From NCBI GenBank assembly GCA_963781885.1, contig CAWAHW010000002.1, forward strand, positions 1,440,001 to 1,504,000: DNA of 64,000 nt. Reading direction: 5' to 3'. Numbering within the stretch: position 1 is the first letter of the stretch; each line of letters begins with the position of its first letter. The notes under the pieces were generated by a model. That model saw nothing but the letters and a program-made list of their open reading frames with translations, did no database searches and was not told the DNA's origin. Below are positions 30,972 through 42,277 of the stretch, in pieces. The stretch comes from an uncultured Spirochaetota bacterium. GTDB taxonomy: Bacteria; Spirochaetota; Spirochaetia; SZUA-6; Fen-1364. A program made the translations under genes and the position numbers.

Positions 30972-33536
30972 TTAGAACACGTTCCCGCCGAGCCCGATGA
31001 CGAAGCCGAAGTTGAAGCCATTGATGATGAAGTCGCCGGACGTATACGGCTTCCACTGGAAGGGCTGATCGGGATGGAGATTCGGCTGGTACTGGAACCC
31101 TTTGGCCAGGTAGAGACGGATCGGGAACTGGGGGATGGTGAAACGGATGCCGATCCCGAATGAGAAGAGAAAATCGTCGATCTTCATCTGGTCAAAGCTG
31201 CTGCTGGCTCCCAGCGGCAGTGACGAGAACGGCTGTGCCCAGAGGGCGGCCGCGTCGAAGAATCCCGCCAGCCAGAGGGCGTCCTTCACGAGTGGCATGC
31301 GCAGCTCGAACTTGTTGTCCCACAACGCGTTTCCATAGGAGACGGTCCGCCAGCCGCGGGCAACCGTCATGCCGTCGATGTAGAGCTGGTCGGTCGTGTC
31401 CGTATTTGTCTCCCATGCTCCATCGATTAAGGAATAGTTCGGAAGGATCAGCGAAACCGATGAATGGGCGGCGGCGACCAGCTGGAAGTCCCAGTTATCG
31501 GTGACGGGGACGTCGAACAGGCTGAGGAAAGCCTCCGCGGTGCTATCGGTGCGGATATAGTCGCGATTGCCGAACAGGAAGCCGCCGACCAGCGTCAAGC
31601 CCTGGGAGAGATAGTATCCCTTTGTCGGGTTCCAATAGATGTCGCGGCCGTCGAGCGTCGTGGAAAAGCCCACACGGTCAATGAAGTCCCAGACGTTATT
31701 GTTGTCGCGGATATCCTTGTCGAACGGCCGGTAGAGCATTGCGTTGTACGAGACGTAGCGGATCTGGGGCGAATAGGTGGCCTGCAGACCCAGACGGCCC
31801 ACGGGCAACGTGAAGGTGTAACCCGTGTTGCCATTGAGGGTGATGTCATAAGAGTCATAGCTCATCAGGTACTGCGCGGGGATGGTGTTGCCCGCCTCGA
31901 TGTATGCCTGGTACTGGGCCAGGGACGTGATCTCGGGCGGACCGTCGGGATAGGCGCTTGGATCCTGGTTGTTCGCGAACACCGGTGCGGCGGAATCCTG
32001 GAGCACGTTCTGCTCGAGGATGTGATCGAACGAGATGGACGCCCCGACGAGCCAGGGAATGCCCGTGAACCAGGGCTCGGAGAAGTTGAACGCGAGGGTT
32101 TGCGTCGTCAGGGACGATTCCAGGTCGATGCCCAGCGTCTGGCCCTTTCCCAGGAAGTTCCGCTCGTTCCATTTGATCGTTCCCGAGATCGGCGGCGTGC
32201 CGCCGGAGAAGACGACCCCGAAATTGATGTCCGCCGTGCTCGTTTCCTCGAGGTTGAAGACGATGTTCATGAGACCCGGCTCCGACCCGATCGGCGTGTC
32301 GGGCACCACAGTCTTGAAGTACTGCAGGTTCTGCAGGTACTGGATGCCCTGCACGATCTTGTCCCTGTTGAAGATGTCGCCCTCTTCGAAGGGAAGCCCG
32401 CGCCGCAGGACGTAATCCTTCGTCCTCGTGTTGCCCTTGAAGATGATGTTTTCGATGTGCGCCTTGTCGGCTTCCGTGATCGTCAGGGTGTAGGCGATGG
32501 TCTTCGCGGCGTTGTCGCGCGTTTCAGAGGTCGTGAAATTGTTGAAGATGTAGCCGCTGTCGTAATACAGCCCGCGCACCTTGTTGATGTCCGCCTGCAT
32601 CTTCTGGAGGCTGACGAATTTCCCCTTCTTCTGCGTGACAAGCTCGGAAAGCTTCTGCGTGTCAAAGACCGTGTTGCCGGCGAATGTCATGCCGTTGTAG
32701 GTCCACTGATCCCCTTCGGTGATGTAGAGGGTGAGCACGAGGTAGTTGCGCCCCTGCTGCGACTGCACCGAGCGGTCCACCTTGTCCACCTTCGCGTCGA
32801 TGAATCCGCGGTCGGTGTAGTACGCGACGATGGCCGTTTTGTCGTCTTCCAGCTTCGATTCCTGGAAGACGCCGCTGTCGAAGAGGAACTGTGCCTTCGT
32901 CTTCATGACGCCACGGAGGGTGCTCGCGGAGGCATAGACGTTGCCGGAGAAATCGATCTCCTTGATCGTCGTCGGCGCGCCTTCCGTGATCGTGAAGACC
33001 GCTTTTACCGTGGTTTCCGTGTCGCCGGGAGCAAATGCGCCGGTCACGTTCGCTTCCGTGTATCCCTTTTCAAGGTAGAGGCTCTTCACCGCCTCGACGT
33101 CGGCCTGGAGCTTGCCCTGGTTGGAAAGGTCCCCTTTCTTCATGAGGATCTTGTCCGTGATCTCGGTCGTGCGCACCGACGTGTTGCCGGTCACCTCGAT
33201 GGCCGAAATCGATGGCCGTTCCTTTGCAGTGAACTGGATGATCAGGGTCGTGCGGGAATCGTCGCCCGGGGTGGCGCTTGCAACGAGCGATTCGAAATAG
33301 TCCAGGGCGTACAGCTTCGCCTGCGCGTCGATGAGCAGGTCGGACGTGTATTTCTCCCCGATGTACGGCTTGAGGATCGCCTGGAGGTCGGCTTCCTTCA
33401 CCGTGATGAGCCCCGTGAAGGTGAACGCCTTGATCGGCTTGTCCACGTACCAGTCCTCCTGCGCCACGGCGGCTCCGACGCAGAGCACACCGAGCGCGAG
33501 GCAGGCGATGAATGTCTTCACGACACGGCTTCTCAT
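30972..33536 (-). CDS. bamA: Outer-membrane protein assembly factor BamA
   Basis: POTRA repeats (GNTRTKDYVLRR), ERNFLGKGQ, VARGW loop, C-terminal Phe. Confidence 0.94.
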   Translation of the reverse strand: MRSRVVKTFIACLALGVLCVGAAVAQEDWYVDKPIKAFTFTGLITVKEADLQAILKPYIGEKYTSDLLIDAQAKLYALDYFESLVASATPGDDSRTTLIIQFTAKERPSISAIEVTGNTSVRTTEITDKILMKKGDLSNQGKLQADVEAVKSLYLEKGYTEANVTGAFAPGDTETTVKAVFTITEGAPTTIKEIDFSGNVYASASTLRGVMKTKAQFLFDSGVFQESKLEDDKTAIVAYYTDRGFIDAKVDKVDRSVQSQQGRNYLVLTLYITEGDQWTYNGMTFAGNTVFDTQKLSELVTQKKGKFVSLQKMQADINKVRGLYYDSGYIFNNFTTSETRDNAAKTIAYTLTITEADKAHIENIIFKGNTRTKDYVLRRGLPFEEGDIFNRDKIVQGIQYLQNLQYFKTVVPDTPIGSEPGLMNIVFNLEETSTADINFGVVFSGGTPPISGTIKWNERNFLGKGQTLGIDLESSLTTQTLAFNFSEPWFTGIPWLVGASISFDHILEQNVLQDSAAPVFANNQDPSAYPDGPPEITSLAQYQAYIEAGNTIPAQYLMSYDSYDITLNGNTGYTFTLPVGRLGLQATYSPQIRYVSYNAMLYRPFDKDIRDNNNVWDFIDRVGFSTTLDGRDIYWNPTKGYYLSQGLTLVGGFLFGNRDYIRTDSTAEAFLSLFDVPVTDNWDFQLVAAAHSSVSLILPNYSLIDGAWETNTDTTDQLYIDGMTVARGWRTVSYGNALWDNKFELRMPLVKDALWLAGFFDAAALWAQPFSSLPLGASSSFDQMKIDDFLFSFGIGIRFTIPQFPIRLYLAKGFQYQPNLHPDQPFQWKPYTSGDFIINGFNFGFVIGLGGNVF

Positions 33537-33568
33537 TCAGGCTCCTTTGCGAACTCCGCGCAATCTCA

Positions 33569-36500
33569 TCAGTAGGAGTACCTCCAACTGAAGGAGAGGC
33601 TGTTGTCGCTGAGAAACAAGCTTCCCGGATGCTGCGGGATGAAGCTCCAGTCGAGCAGGAAAAACGGGGTCGCCCACTCCATGCTCAGCTCCAGGTCCGG
33701 TTGCAGGCTCATGCCCGGGCCCGTGAGCGTCGACGACTGGTCGACCAGACCCTGCGGGATCGGCTGCTGGAGCCGGACAAGTATTTCCAGGAAAATATCG
33801 TTTCCCAGATACTTTCCAAGAGAGACGCTGGTGTTGTCAAGTGGATTGATGTTGTAGGCGAGCCATTTCTGCGCAATGACGTTCTGGATGATCTGCGTGC
33901 GGACCGAGAACATGTCCAGGTTGAGCACCTGGCGCACCTTCTGCTCGAAGGGGCGCAGGATCCAGTTCTGCGCGAGGTAATCGCTGTAGACCAGCGCCGC
34001 GAGCTCCAGGCCCTGCGAAGGGGTCGATGCCCTGTCGAAGATCGGCGCCCCGATCATCGACAGGATCTGCGCGTCGGTGCGCGACGGGTCCGAGCTGAAC
34101 CGGGGGAAAACTTGCTCAACGTGCTGTCGGCGTCCAGGTAGATCTTCACTTCCTCCGCCGTCGACGCGTCCCATTCCCGCGTCTCCGCACGCGCCGTGAT
34201 CCACGGGTCGAAATTGTCCTGGTTCTCGTTGAATGTGATCGAGCCCTTTTTCATGATGAAGCTGCTGTCGAAATAATAGATCTCCCCGCCCTGCACGCCC
34301 GTGCTGCCCTTGACGGTGTATCCTCCCGTGTCCCCGCGGTACGTGATGGCGATCTTCCCGCCCGGGCTCGCCGTCGTGCGCAGCACGGGCAGATCCGCGG
34401 ACGGCCACGTGAACTCGACGCGTCTGCCCGTTTCCGCGGTGAGATTCACGATCGTCGGCGGATCTTCGGGCGTGAACTTGCCCTGCTGCATTGGCCCCAG
34501 GGCAATGCGGCAATCACCGACAACCAGGTCCCCCGTGACATTCGTCGCCTGACTGTCCCCGGCGATGCGCACCTGGCCCGCTACGGTGCCGTCAGCGATC
34601 AGGCGGCCGAAACGCGCCCGCAGGTGTGCCGCCGTGTTCCCCTCCGTCGCGATGCTGATGTCATAGGCGGTCGGAGACCAGTGATCGAGCGTGAAGCTCG
34701 CCGTCGCGGAAAGCTTTGCCGCGCCGGCGGCCACGGACGTCTTCGCGGCATAAAAGCCCTTGCCGTCGAATATGAACGTCGTGCGGATGGGTCCCGCCTC
34801 ATCGGGTGAATACGCGCTCTGAATGCCGCCGCCCACCACGTCGAGCTGGCCCGTGAAGTCCGGATCGTTGACGTCGCCGGCGATCTGGAGGCTCCCCGTG
34901 GCGACGCCCGAGGTGACCGTGAAGATCGGGAGGGGGCCCGCGGGCGTCGCCACGGTGCCCGTGTTGAGCATGTCATTGAGAACGAGCAGGTCGATCGATT
35001 CCACCGCGAGCGTCGCGCCGATCTTGTCGCCGGTCACTTTTCCTTCCAACGTGCCGGTCAATGGCAGGGGATCGCTGAGGGCGATATTGAAGGCAAGCTG
35101 CGGACTCAGCCATCCATGCATCGAATTGCCCGGCCCTCCGTCGAACCGGATGCGGTCCGCCTCGGCCTTGTACCCGATGCTCCAGGATGGCAACGGCGAG
35201 CCGGCGACGGTGATCGCCGACAGGGAAAGCTTGCCTGGCTGGACCCGGCCGAAGAGATCCACGGGAACGGGCGAGCCGCTGCCCAACAGGATGCTTCCGT
35301 CCACCGCGGCGCTGAGGTTCACCGGGTCGTCGAAGTACTCCCCCTGGTAGCGCGCGCGCGCGATGTAGGCGCCGCTCTTCAAGTCGAAACGCCCGCTGCC
35401 GTCGGAGACGCGATGCGTGAGATACCCGACCGACAGGTTCTGCACGCTCAGCGCATCGGGGGTGAGCGTGACCCGCCCCCCCAGCGCCAGGCTGTCGGAG
35501 CCCAGTTTGCCGTTGCGCAGCGCCACCGTTGCATCGAATGCCGGATTCTCCACCGTCCCGGTCACGTTTGCCGAGCCTGAAAGGCTGCCCTGCACCGCCG
35601 TGGTCCCCAGTCGAGAGAGCGGCGAGCTATCAAACACCACGGCCAGCGACAGGGCGCCGTTCTGCACGGCTCCCTTCACGCTGTAGGACTCCGCCCCGCT
35701 CGGAGACGAAAGATGCGCGTTTCCTTCGAGCTTCAAGGCGCCCAGGGAACGAATATCCAGCATGTCGGCGGGCAGCGTGACCGCGGCGTTCGCGGCGCCC
35801 ACGAGCGTCGAGAACGCGTCGGAAAATGCGAGCCGTGAGACGACGAGCTCCCCTTTCGCGAAGCTTCCGCGAAGCTCGATGTTGTTCGTCTTCGACTGCA
35901 GGAATGGCAGGTCGTAAAGAATGATGGAGGGGAACTGCGCCGACCACTGCCCGTTGCGCGGGACGCTCCCCGTCACGTCGAAGCTCACCGGCAGCGATTT
36001 TCCGCCCACGGGAAGGGGAAAGTGCTCGCCTTTCGCCGCAATGACCACACCGCCGGCCCGGTCGGGCCCGACCGCAATCGAAAGACCGTACGAGCCATTC
36101 GCCGTGAATCCTGCGCCCGGCGTGTAATGCCCGGGTAAACGAATAGGGCGTGCCCAGGAACATGAGGCTGGACGTGAAGGCGAGGTTGCCGTCCGGGGCG
36201 ACGTCCCCTTCGAAGCCGCCCTGGATGCTCAGCCCGCGCCAGCTCCCCGAGAAGGTGGAAAGGGAGATATGCGACGAGTCGGCCGCGAGCCCGAAATGCA
36301 TCGTGGTGCCGGGGTCGCTCAGGCTCGTCACCACGACCTGCCGACTCGACGCGGCGATCTGCGAAAAGTCGGTGGAAACCCTCACGTCCGCGCTGACGGA
36401 GAATTGCGCCAGGATGTTGAAAACATCCTCCTGCTCGCGGGTCAGGGCCCCAGCCCCCATGAACAGGTGATACAGCTGGCTCGGGGGGACGCTCTTCAGG

Positions 36501-37960
36501 CTGGCGTCCACGGTGACCAGGGGCGCGGCAATTGCCGGCGCTGCATCGGCGATGACGGCCTGACCCACCGACTGTCCGAAGTGCAGGTCCCCCTGCGCCT
36601 GGAGCTGATCCTCCGGGGGGAAACCGGCAAAGGAGGTGGTGAGCCGGAATGCCGTGCCCGTGGCCGACGGCTGCAGGGAAAGCTGCAGGGAATCAAAGGC
36701 CACCTCGCCGATGACGAGCTGTGTGCCGTGGACGTCGAGACTGCCCTGGAGACGGTCGATAGAGAGCTGCGCGCTCACTTTTTCGCCGCCGCCCGGCGTC
36801 ACATTCGCCAGGGTGAGGAGCCCCGAGGGGTACATGGTGGCAAACAAAAGGCTCCCCTCGAACTGCAGGTCACCCTGGTCGGATGAAAGACGAAGCGGCT
36901 GGAAAAAGGCCTCCTTCTCCGTGCCTCGAAAGCTTGCGGCCAGCGTCACCTGTCGGATCGGGAGCTGATCCTCCAGGTAGGCCGAGACATCCGCCTCGTA
37001 CTCCAGCGTGCGCGAATCCATGCGGTAGAGCACGTGACCCGATGCGGTGAGCGGCAGGGCCAGCCATTTTGCGTAGCGGGCATAAGGCTGCGCGAACGTG
37101 AAAAGCCGGTCCAGCCGCATGTCCTGGGACTGGAAGCCCAGGAGAAGCTCGCGGGTTCCGAGGTCCGCACGAAGCGAAAGCTCGATGGGCGACCGGTCCT
37201 GTATCTTCCGCGCTTCGATGATGTTGCCCTTCACGACAATCTGCAGCGTCTGGGCCCCGGCATCGAGCACGGAGCTCTGCAGCGACTGGAGGCGCACCGT
37301 CATGTCGGCCGAGGTGAGCGCCCGGTCCACGGAGCCCTGTGCGGAGAGCGTGGAGGCATAGGTGAGCCCGCTGGCAAGCCGGCCCTGGGTGTTGCCGCGG
37401 AACGAAAATGCAATTGTGTGGTCCTGCGCGTCGAGCTGGAAAAAGAGATTGTCCAGCGAGACAGAGCCCTGGCGGGATGTGAGGGCAAGACCGATGTTCG
37501 CGCCGGTGATGCGCGCGCGCAGGCCCGCGCCCGTGCCCTCCGCCTGAAGCATCTTCTGGAGCAGGTCGACGACGTCGCGGTCTTCATCGAGGTTGAGCGA
37601 AAAGCGGGTATTGAGGAGACGGATCTCGCGGATCGCGCCGACGGGATCCCGATCCAGGAGCACGTGCAGGAGGCTGTAGGAAACACGGACATTGTGGATC
37701 AGGAGCAATGTCTGATCCGGATGCTCGGTTCCGTGAACCGCAAGCTCGCGGATTTCAATGGAGCGAAAAAAGGACGGGGCAATCTCTCCGTATGTGACGG
37801 TGCGCCCCAGGGCCGTTTCAAGACTCTTCATGGCACTGGATTTCAGCTCCGCCATGCGCGCCGTGAGCAACGTGTCCAGCGCACGCGCGCCGAACGCCGT
37901 GAAGGCGATGACTGCAATGCAACTGATGGTGGTGATCAGGGCGCGGACGGTCTTCTTCAA
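33569..37960 (-). CDS. tamB: TamB-like translocation/assembly protein; apparent frameshifts at ~36130 and ~34103
   Basis: N-terminal TM, long beta-rich body, DUF490-like C-terminus (SLGKYLG, W-R-Y-S-Y end); directly upstream of bamA. Confidence 0.78.
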
Positions 37961-38670
37961 TCCTGCTTCTCCAGGCGGAAACGGAACCTCACCGTCCCGA
38001 TTGCATTCTCCCTGCCATCAATACGCGAAAAGAGGTAGTCGTGGAGGGCTTCTACCACGCTGGCGTCAATTTCAATATAGCCGGAACTCCTCGTTATTTC
38101 CACGCGAATGACGTCTCCCGACGGCGCCACCGTGATGCGCGCCTCCCCTTCTATCTCCTGTCCCATGGCGCTCAGAAGCGGCGGGAAATCTGGGTCCCTC
38201 CTCCGCAAAAGCTTCCGTTGCGCCCCTTCCCAGCCGATCTGAGCTCCCTGCGATAATGTACGCGCTCCGGCCGCCTCCGTCGTGGGGGAAGCGGGCGATG
38301 ACGGCCCCAGCGATGCCAGGTCCGCAAGCACATCCTGCGCGGAGGGCAGAGGCAGCGCGCCGGGATCGGGAGCGTTCTGCCCCCCAAGCGGTGCAACACG
38401 CCCTGCCTGCGCATCTGCCACCGCGGCATCGCTGCCTGCCGGGTTTTGCCGCGCGTTGCCCGAGGATGCGCCGACAACCGCTCCGCCGACGCGCGGGGGC
38501 CCCGTGCGGACGGCCTCCGGGCTTGCACCTCCGACCAGGGAGATATCGACGGCAAGGAACGGGGCAGGCCGGGCAGCCGGTACGGCCACGAGGCCGACCA
38601 GAAGCAGAAGGGCGGCGCAGTGGATGCCAAAGGATATGAGCCAGGGCAGCGCCTTTGCCCGCAGCGTCAT
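37957..38670 (-). CDS. TonB-family protein
   Basis: TM with SFGIH motif, low-complexity linker, TonB-C (P-D-F-P, EGE, ITRSSG..ID). Confidence 0.8.
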   Translation of the reverse strand: MTLRAKALPWLISFGIHCAALLLLVGLVAVPAARPAPFLAVDISLVGGASPEAVRTGPPRVGGAVVGASSGNARQNPAGSDAAVADAQAGRVAPLGGQNAPDPGALPLPSAQDVLADLASLGPSSPASPTTEAAGARTLSQGAQIGWEGAQRKLLRRRDPDFPPLLSAMGQEIEGEARITVAPSGDVIRVEITRSSGYIEIDASVVEALHDYLFSRIDGRENAIGTVRFRFRLEKQD

Positions 38671-38981
38671 TGCAGCCCTTCCTCCCGGAGCACGGTCATC
38701 GGGCCGTCCATCGATTCCACGTCAAGCACCCCGGGCGGCGGCGTGATGGCGGGGAGGGCAAAGGGCGGCAACGGGGTGAGGTCAAGATCGGGGAGTGCCG
38801 GCTCCGGCAGTGGCGGGGGCGGCGGAAGGGGAATGACGGTGTCATCGCGTCCCACGATCGTGACGTCCGTATCCACGGAACCAAGGTCGCGGGCGGGGGG
38901 GGCAGCCTCCTGCGCCGGCGCGTGCGGGCAAGCGGCAAAAAAAAGCGCCAGTGAAAGCATGACACGCAAAACCGTTCTCAT
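38667..38981 (-). CDS. Small exported Pro-rich hypothetical protein
   Basis: Signal peptide, PLPPPPPLPEP tract; stop overlaps the tonB start. Confidence 0.5.
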   Translation of the reverse strand: MRTVLRVMLSLALFFAACPHAPAQEAAPPARDLGSVDTDVTIVGRDDTVIPLPPPPPLPEPALPDLDLTPLPPFALPAITPPPGVLDVESMDGPMTVLREEGLQ

Positions 38982-38992
38982 TACAATCTTCG

Positions 38993-39628
38993 TTGGTGAG
39001 CGTCACTATACTTCAGAAATTTATCGTGCTGGAAGGCCTTGACGGGGCCGGCACGACGACGCAGCTCCGCCTCCTGTCGGAGAGGCTCGCCCGCGAAGGC
39101 ACGCCGCACCTGGCCACCTGTGAGCCGACCGACGGCCAGATCGGAAAGATGCTGCGCGCCATCCTTGCCCGCGACGTGCGCGCCCATCCTCGCACCGTGG
39201 CCCTGCTCTACGCGGCGGACCGCAGCGAGCACGTGCACGACCCGGCAACCGGCATCGAGGCCGGCGTGAAGAAAGGCCAGCTCGTGATCTCCGACCGCTA
39301 CCTCTTTTCCAGCCTCGCCTACCAGTCGATCGAATGCGGTCGGGATTTCGTCCTCGCGTTGAACGCGGGCTTCCCCCTGCCGCAGCTCCTTCTCTTTCTC
39401 GACACGCCCGTGGAGGTATGCCAGGAAAGGCTTTCCGCGCGCGGGAGAAAGGAGCTCTACGACGGGGCGACGTTCCAGACGCGGGTCCGCGACGCCTACC
39501 TGCGCGCGATCGAGCGCTACGCGGGCACGGGCATGCAGGTGTCGCTCATCGACGGCGACAGGCCCGCGGGTCTCATCCACGGCGACTTGTGGAAGATAAT
39601 CGCCGGAATGCCGATAACCAGGGTGTGA
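38993..39628 (+). CDS. tmk: Thymidylate kinase
   Basis: FIVLEGLDGAGTTTQ, LLYAADR, ISDRYLFSSLAYQ. Confidence 0.94.
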   Translation: MVSVTILQKFIVLEGLDGAGTTTQLRLLSERLAREGTPHLATCEPTDGQIGKMLRAILARDVRAHPRTVALLYAADRSEHVHDPATGIEAGVKKGQLVISDRYLFSSLAYQSIECGRDFVLALNAGFPLPQLLLFLDTPVEVCQERLSARGRKELYDGATFQTRVRDAYLRAIERYAGTGMQVSLIDGDRPAGLIHGDLWKIIAGMPITRV

Positions 39629-40224
39629 GGAAAGTCCCCCTCATCCTCCTTTTCCTCGTGGTTCCTCTCCTCTCCGCGAGCGCGTACCGCATCATGTACG
39701 CGGAGGAGTACTATCAGCTCTACCACGAGCATCTCCACCACTACCCCGACGACACCATGGAGGACATCTTCTACCTTGAAACGGCGCTGAAGGTGGATTT
39801 CGCCAATCCGCTCTACGCCCTGGCGCCCATCAAGGACAAGACGGAGTGGGAGCGCTATCGCGATCTCTTCTCCATGCACGTGAACCTGAAGCTCGTTGCC
39901 GCCTACCTGACACTCGGCGTGAAATATGAGAAACAGGACGCCTTCTTCTACAACTACCCGTGGAAGCAGCAGAATCTCGACAGTCTGAATATCGCGGAAA
40001 AGGCCTACCAGGCAGCCTATGCATACTGGGCCAAAGCGCAGGAATGGTCGACAAAGGCCTGGGCGATGCGCGACATCAAGCTGGAAAAGATCGAGGACTG
40101 GGAGGACGAGAACTTCCGCATCGAAACGGGGGATCTCGACTACAAGGACACGATCGACCGGCAGCTCGCGCATCTCGCCAAGGTCAGGGCCGATTTCCAG
40201 GCGATGGGACCCGGCACCTACTGA
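39625..40224 (+). CDS. Exported hypothetical protein
   Basis: GTGA overlap with tmk stop; signal peptide; coding-like codon usage. Confidence 0.7.
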   Translation: MRKVPLILLFLVVPLLSASAYRIMYAEEYYQLYHEHLHHYPDDTMEDIFYLETALKVDFANPLYALAPIKDKTEWERYRDLFSMHVNLKLVAAYLTLGVKYEKQDAFFYNYPWKQQNLDSLNIAEKAYQAAYAYWAKAQEWSTKAWAMRDIKLEKIEDWEDENFRIETGDLDYKDTIDRQLAHLAKVRADFQAMGPGTY

Positions 40225-40244
40225 CCGCGAACTGCTGCCTTGAC

Positions 40245-41262
40245 CTATCGTATCAGCATCGCATCGCCATAGGAAAAGAACCGATAACGCTCGGTCACGG
40301 CGTGCCTGTACGTCTTCAGGATCAGGTCCGTGCCGGCGAATGCGCCGACCAGCACCAGCAGGCTCGAATGCGGGGTGTGGAAGTTGGTGAAGAGCCTGCT
40401 CACGACCCTGAACGTGAAACCCGGCGTGATGAAGATCCTCGTGCGTCCCGGCCCTTCCCGCAGCCCTGCCTCCGACCAGGCCGACTCCAGCGTTCGAACG
40501 ACGGTGGTCCCCACGGCGAGCACCGGCCTTCCCTCGCGGACAGCCGCGTCCACCACGATCCTTGTCGCGGCAGGAATGGAATACGCCTCCTCATGCATGA
40601 CGTGCTCTTCGATGTGCTCCGTTCGTATGGGCAGGAAGGTGCCCAGGCCGACATGGAGTGTCACCCACGCCACGTGCGCCCCGCGCTCGCGGAGCGCGTC
40701 CAGCAGGCGGGGCGTGAAGTGAAGGCCTGCCGTGGGAGCAGCGGCAGAGCCCGTTTCCCGCGCGAAAACCGTCTGGTACCTCAGCTCGTCAACGGATTCG
40801 TCAGGCCTGCGTATGTAGGGCGGCAGCGGCACGTGGCCGTTTCGCTCGAGCCAGGCCTCATCAATGGACGGATTGAAGCGCAGAAGCCGGGACTCTCCAT
40901 CAGCGCTTTCAAGCGTGCCGCGCACGTCTTCTGGAAAACGAAAGCTCACGCCCTTCCGCGCGTGGCGAACCCTGCCGACAAGGGTCTCCCACAGCCCCGG
41001 CTCTTTTTCCGAGAGCAGCACGAGCTCCGCCCGACCGCCGTCGGCCCGTTCGCCGAACAGGCGCGCCTTGCGCACCCGCGTGTCGTTGAGAACGACGACG
41101 GTACCGGGATCGACCCATCGAGGCAGATCGCGGACGCTTGAGTCCGCCGTGCTGCCGTCCGTCCTGTCCAGCACGAGCAGGCGCGCGGCTTCGCGCTCCG
41201 CTGCGGGCGACTGGGCGATCAGGTCATCCGGGCAGGTCAAAAGAGAATTGGCTGGTCTTCAC
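40245..41262 (-). CDS. queA: S-adenosylmethionine:tRNA ribosyltransferase-isomerase; +1 indel near 41230
   Basis: KTSQFSFDLP..LIAQ N-terminus in adjacent frame; PLPPYI, GSAAAPTAGLHF, TNFHTP, YRFFSYGDAM. Confidence 0.92.
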
Positions 41263-42277
41263 TTCCGGTACGGCGGACGCCCAGGTGCTCCCAGGCGCCA
41301 TTCGTGGCAACCCTGCCCCGTGGCGTGCGCTTGATGAAGCCGATCTGGATCAGGTAGGGCTCATAGACGTCTTCCAGGGTATCGACGGGCTCTCCGATCG
41401 ATATGGCGATGGTTTCCGATCCCACCGGTCCGCCGCCGTACTTCTCCACGAGCGTGCGCAGTATTTCCCGGTCCACCTTGTCCAGGCCGCGCGCGTCGAT
41501 CTCCAACGAATCGAAGCCGCGCGTCACGATGGGAAGATCGATCGTGCCATTGCCCCAGACCTGCGCAAAGTCGCGCATCCGCCGCAGGATCCGGTTGGCG
41601 ATGCGGGGCGTGCCGCGCGAGCAGCGGGAAAGCATGTCCGCCGCATCGTCCTTGATGGCGACGTCAAGGATGCCCGCGGAGCGGAAGACGATTGCCCGCA
41701 GGTCCGCCGGGTCGTAGAAGTCCAGGCGCAGCGGGATGCCGAAACGCGAGTGCAGCGGTCCCGAGACAAGTCCTGTCTTCGTCGTGGCGCCGATGAGCGT
41801 GAACGGCGGCAGCGGAATCTTTATTGTGCGCGCGCCAGGGCCCGCGCCGATCACCACGTCGATCTCGAAATCCTCCATGGCCGAGTACAGCATCTCCTCC
41901 ACCACGGGCTTCAGCCGGTGTATCTCGTCGATGAAGAAGATGTTCCGCTCTCCGATGCTGGTGAGGATGGCTGCCAGGTCGCCCGGCTTCTCCAGGGCGG
42001 GCGCCGAGGTGGCGCGGAACTGTACACCCAGCTCATTCGCGACGATTGCGGCAAGCGTCGTTTTCCCAAGGCCAGGCGGCCCTGAGAGAAAGACATGGTC
42101 CAGGTGCTCGCCCCGCTGCTTCGCGGCCTCGATGTACACCGCGAGATTCTCCTTCATTTTTTCCTGGCCCACGAACTCCGAAAGAAGGCGAGGCCGGAGT
42201 GTCACCTCTTCCTTGTCGTCGGACTCCCGAAAGGAGGGGTCCGGGATTCGGGGTGCGGGCTCGCGGGGCTCTTTCAT
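41237..42277 (-). CDS. ruvB: Holliday junction branch migration ATPase RuvB
   Basis: GPPGLGKTT, FIDEIHRL, RGTPRIANR, RTPRGR. Confidence 0.97.
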   Translation of the reverse strand: MKEPREPAPRIPDPSFRESDDKEEVTLRPRLLSEFVGQEKMKENLAVYIEAAKQRGEHLDHVFLSGPPGLGKTTLAAIVANELGVQFRATSAPALEKPGDLAAILTSIGERNIFFIDEIHRLKPVVEEMLYSAMEDFEIDVVIGAGPGARTIKIPLPPFTLIGATTKTGLVSGPLHSRFGIPLRLDFYDPADLRAIVFRSAGILDVAIKDDAADMLSRCSRGTPRIANRILRRMRDFAQVWGNGTIDLPIVTRGFDSLEIDARGLDKVDREILRTLVEKYGGGPVGSETIAISIGEPVDTLEDVYEPYLIQIGFIKRTPRGRVATNGAWEHLGVRRTGSEDQPILF

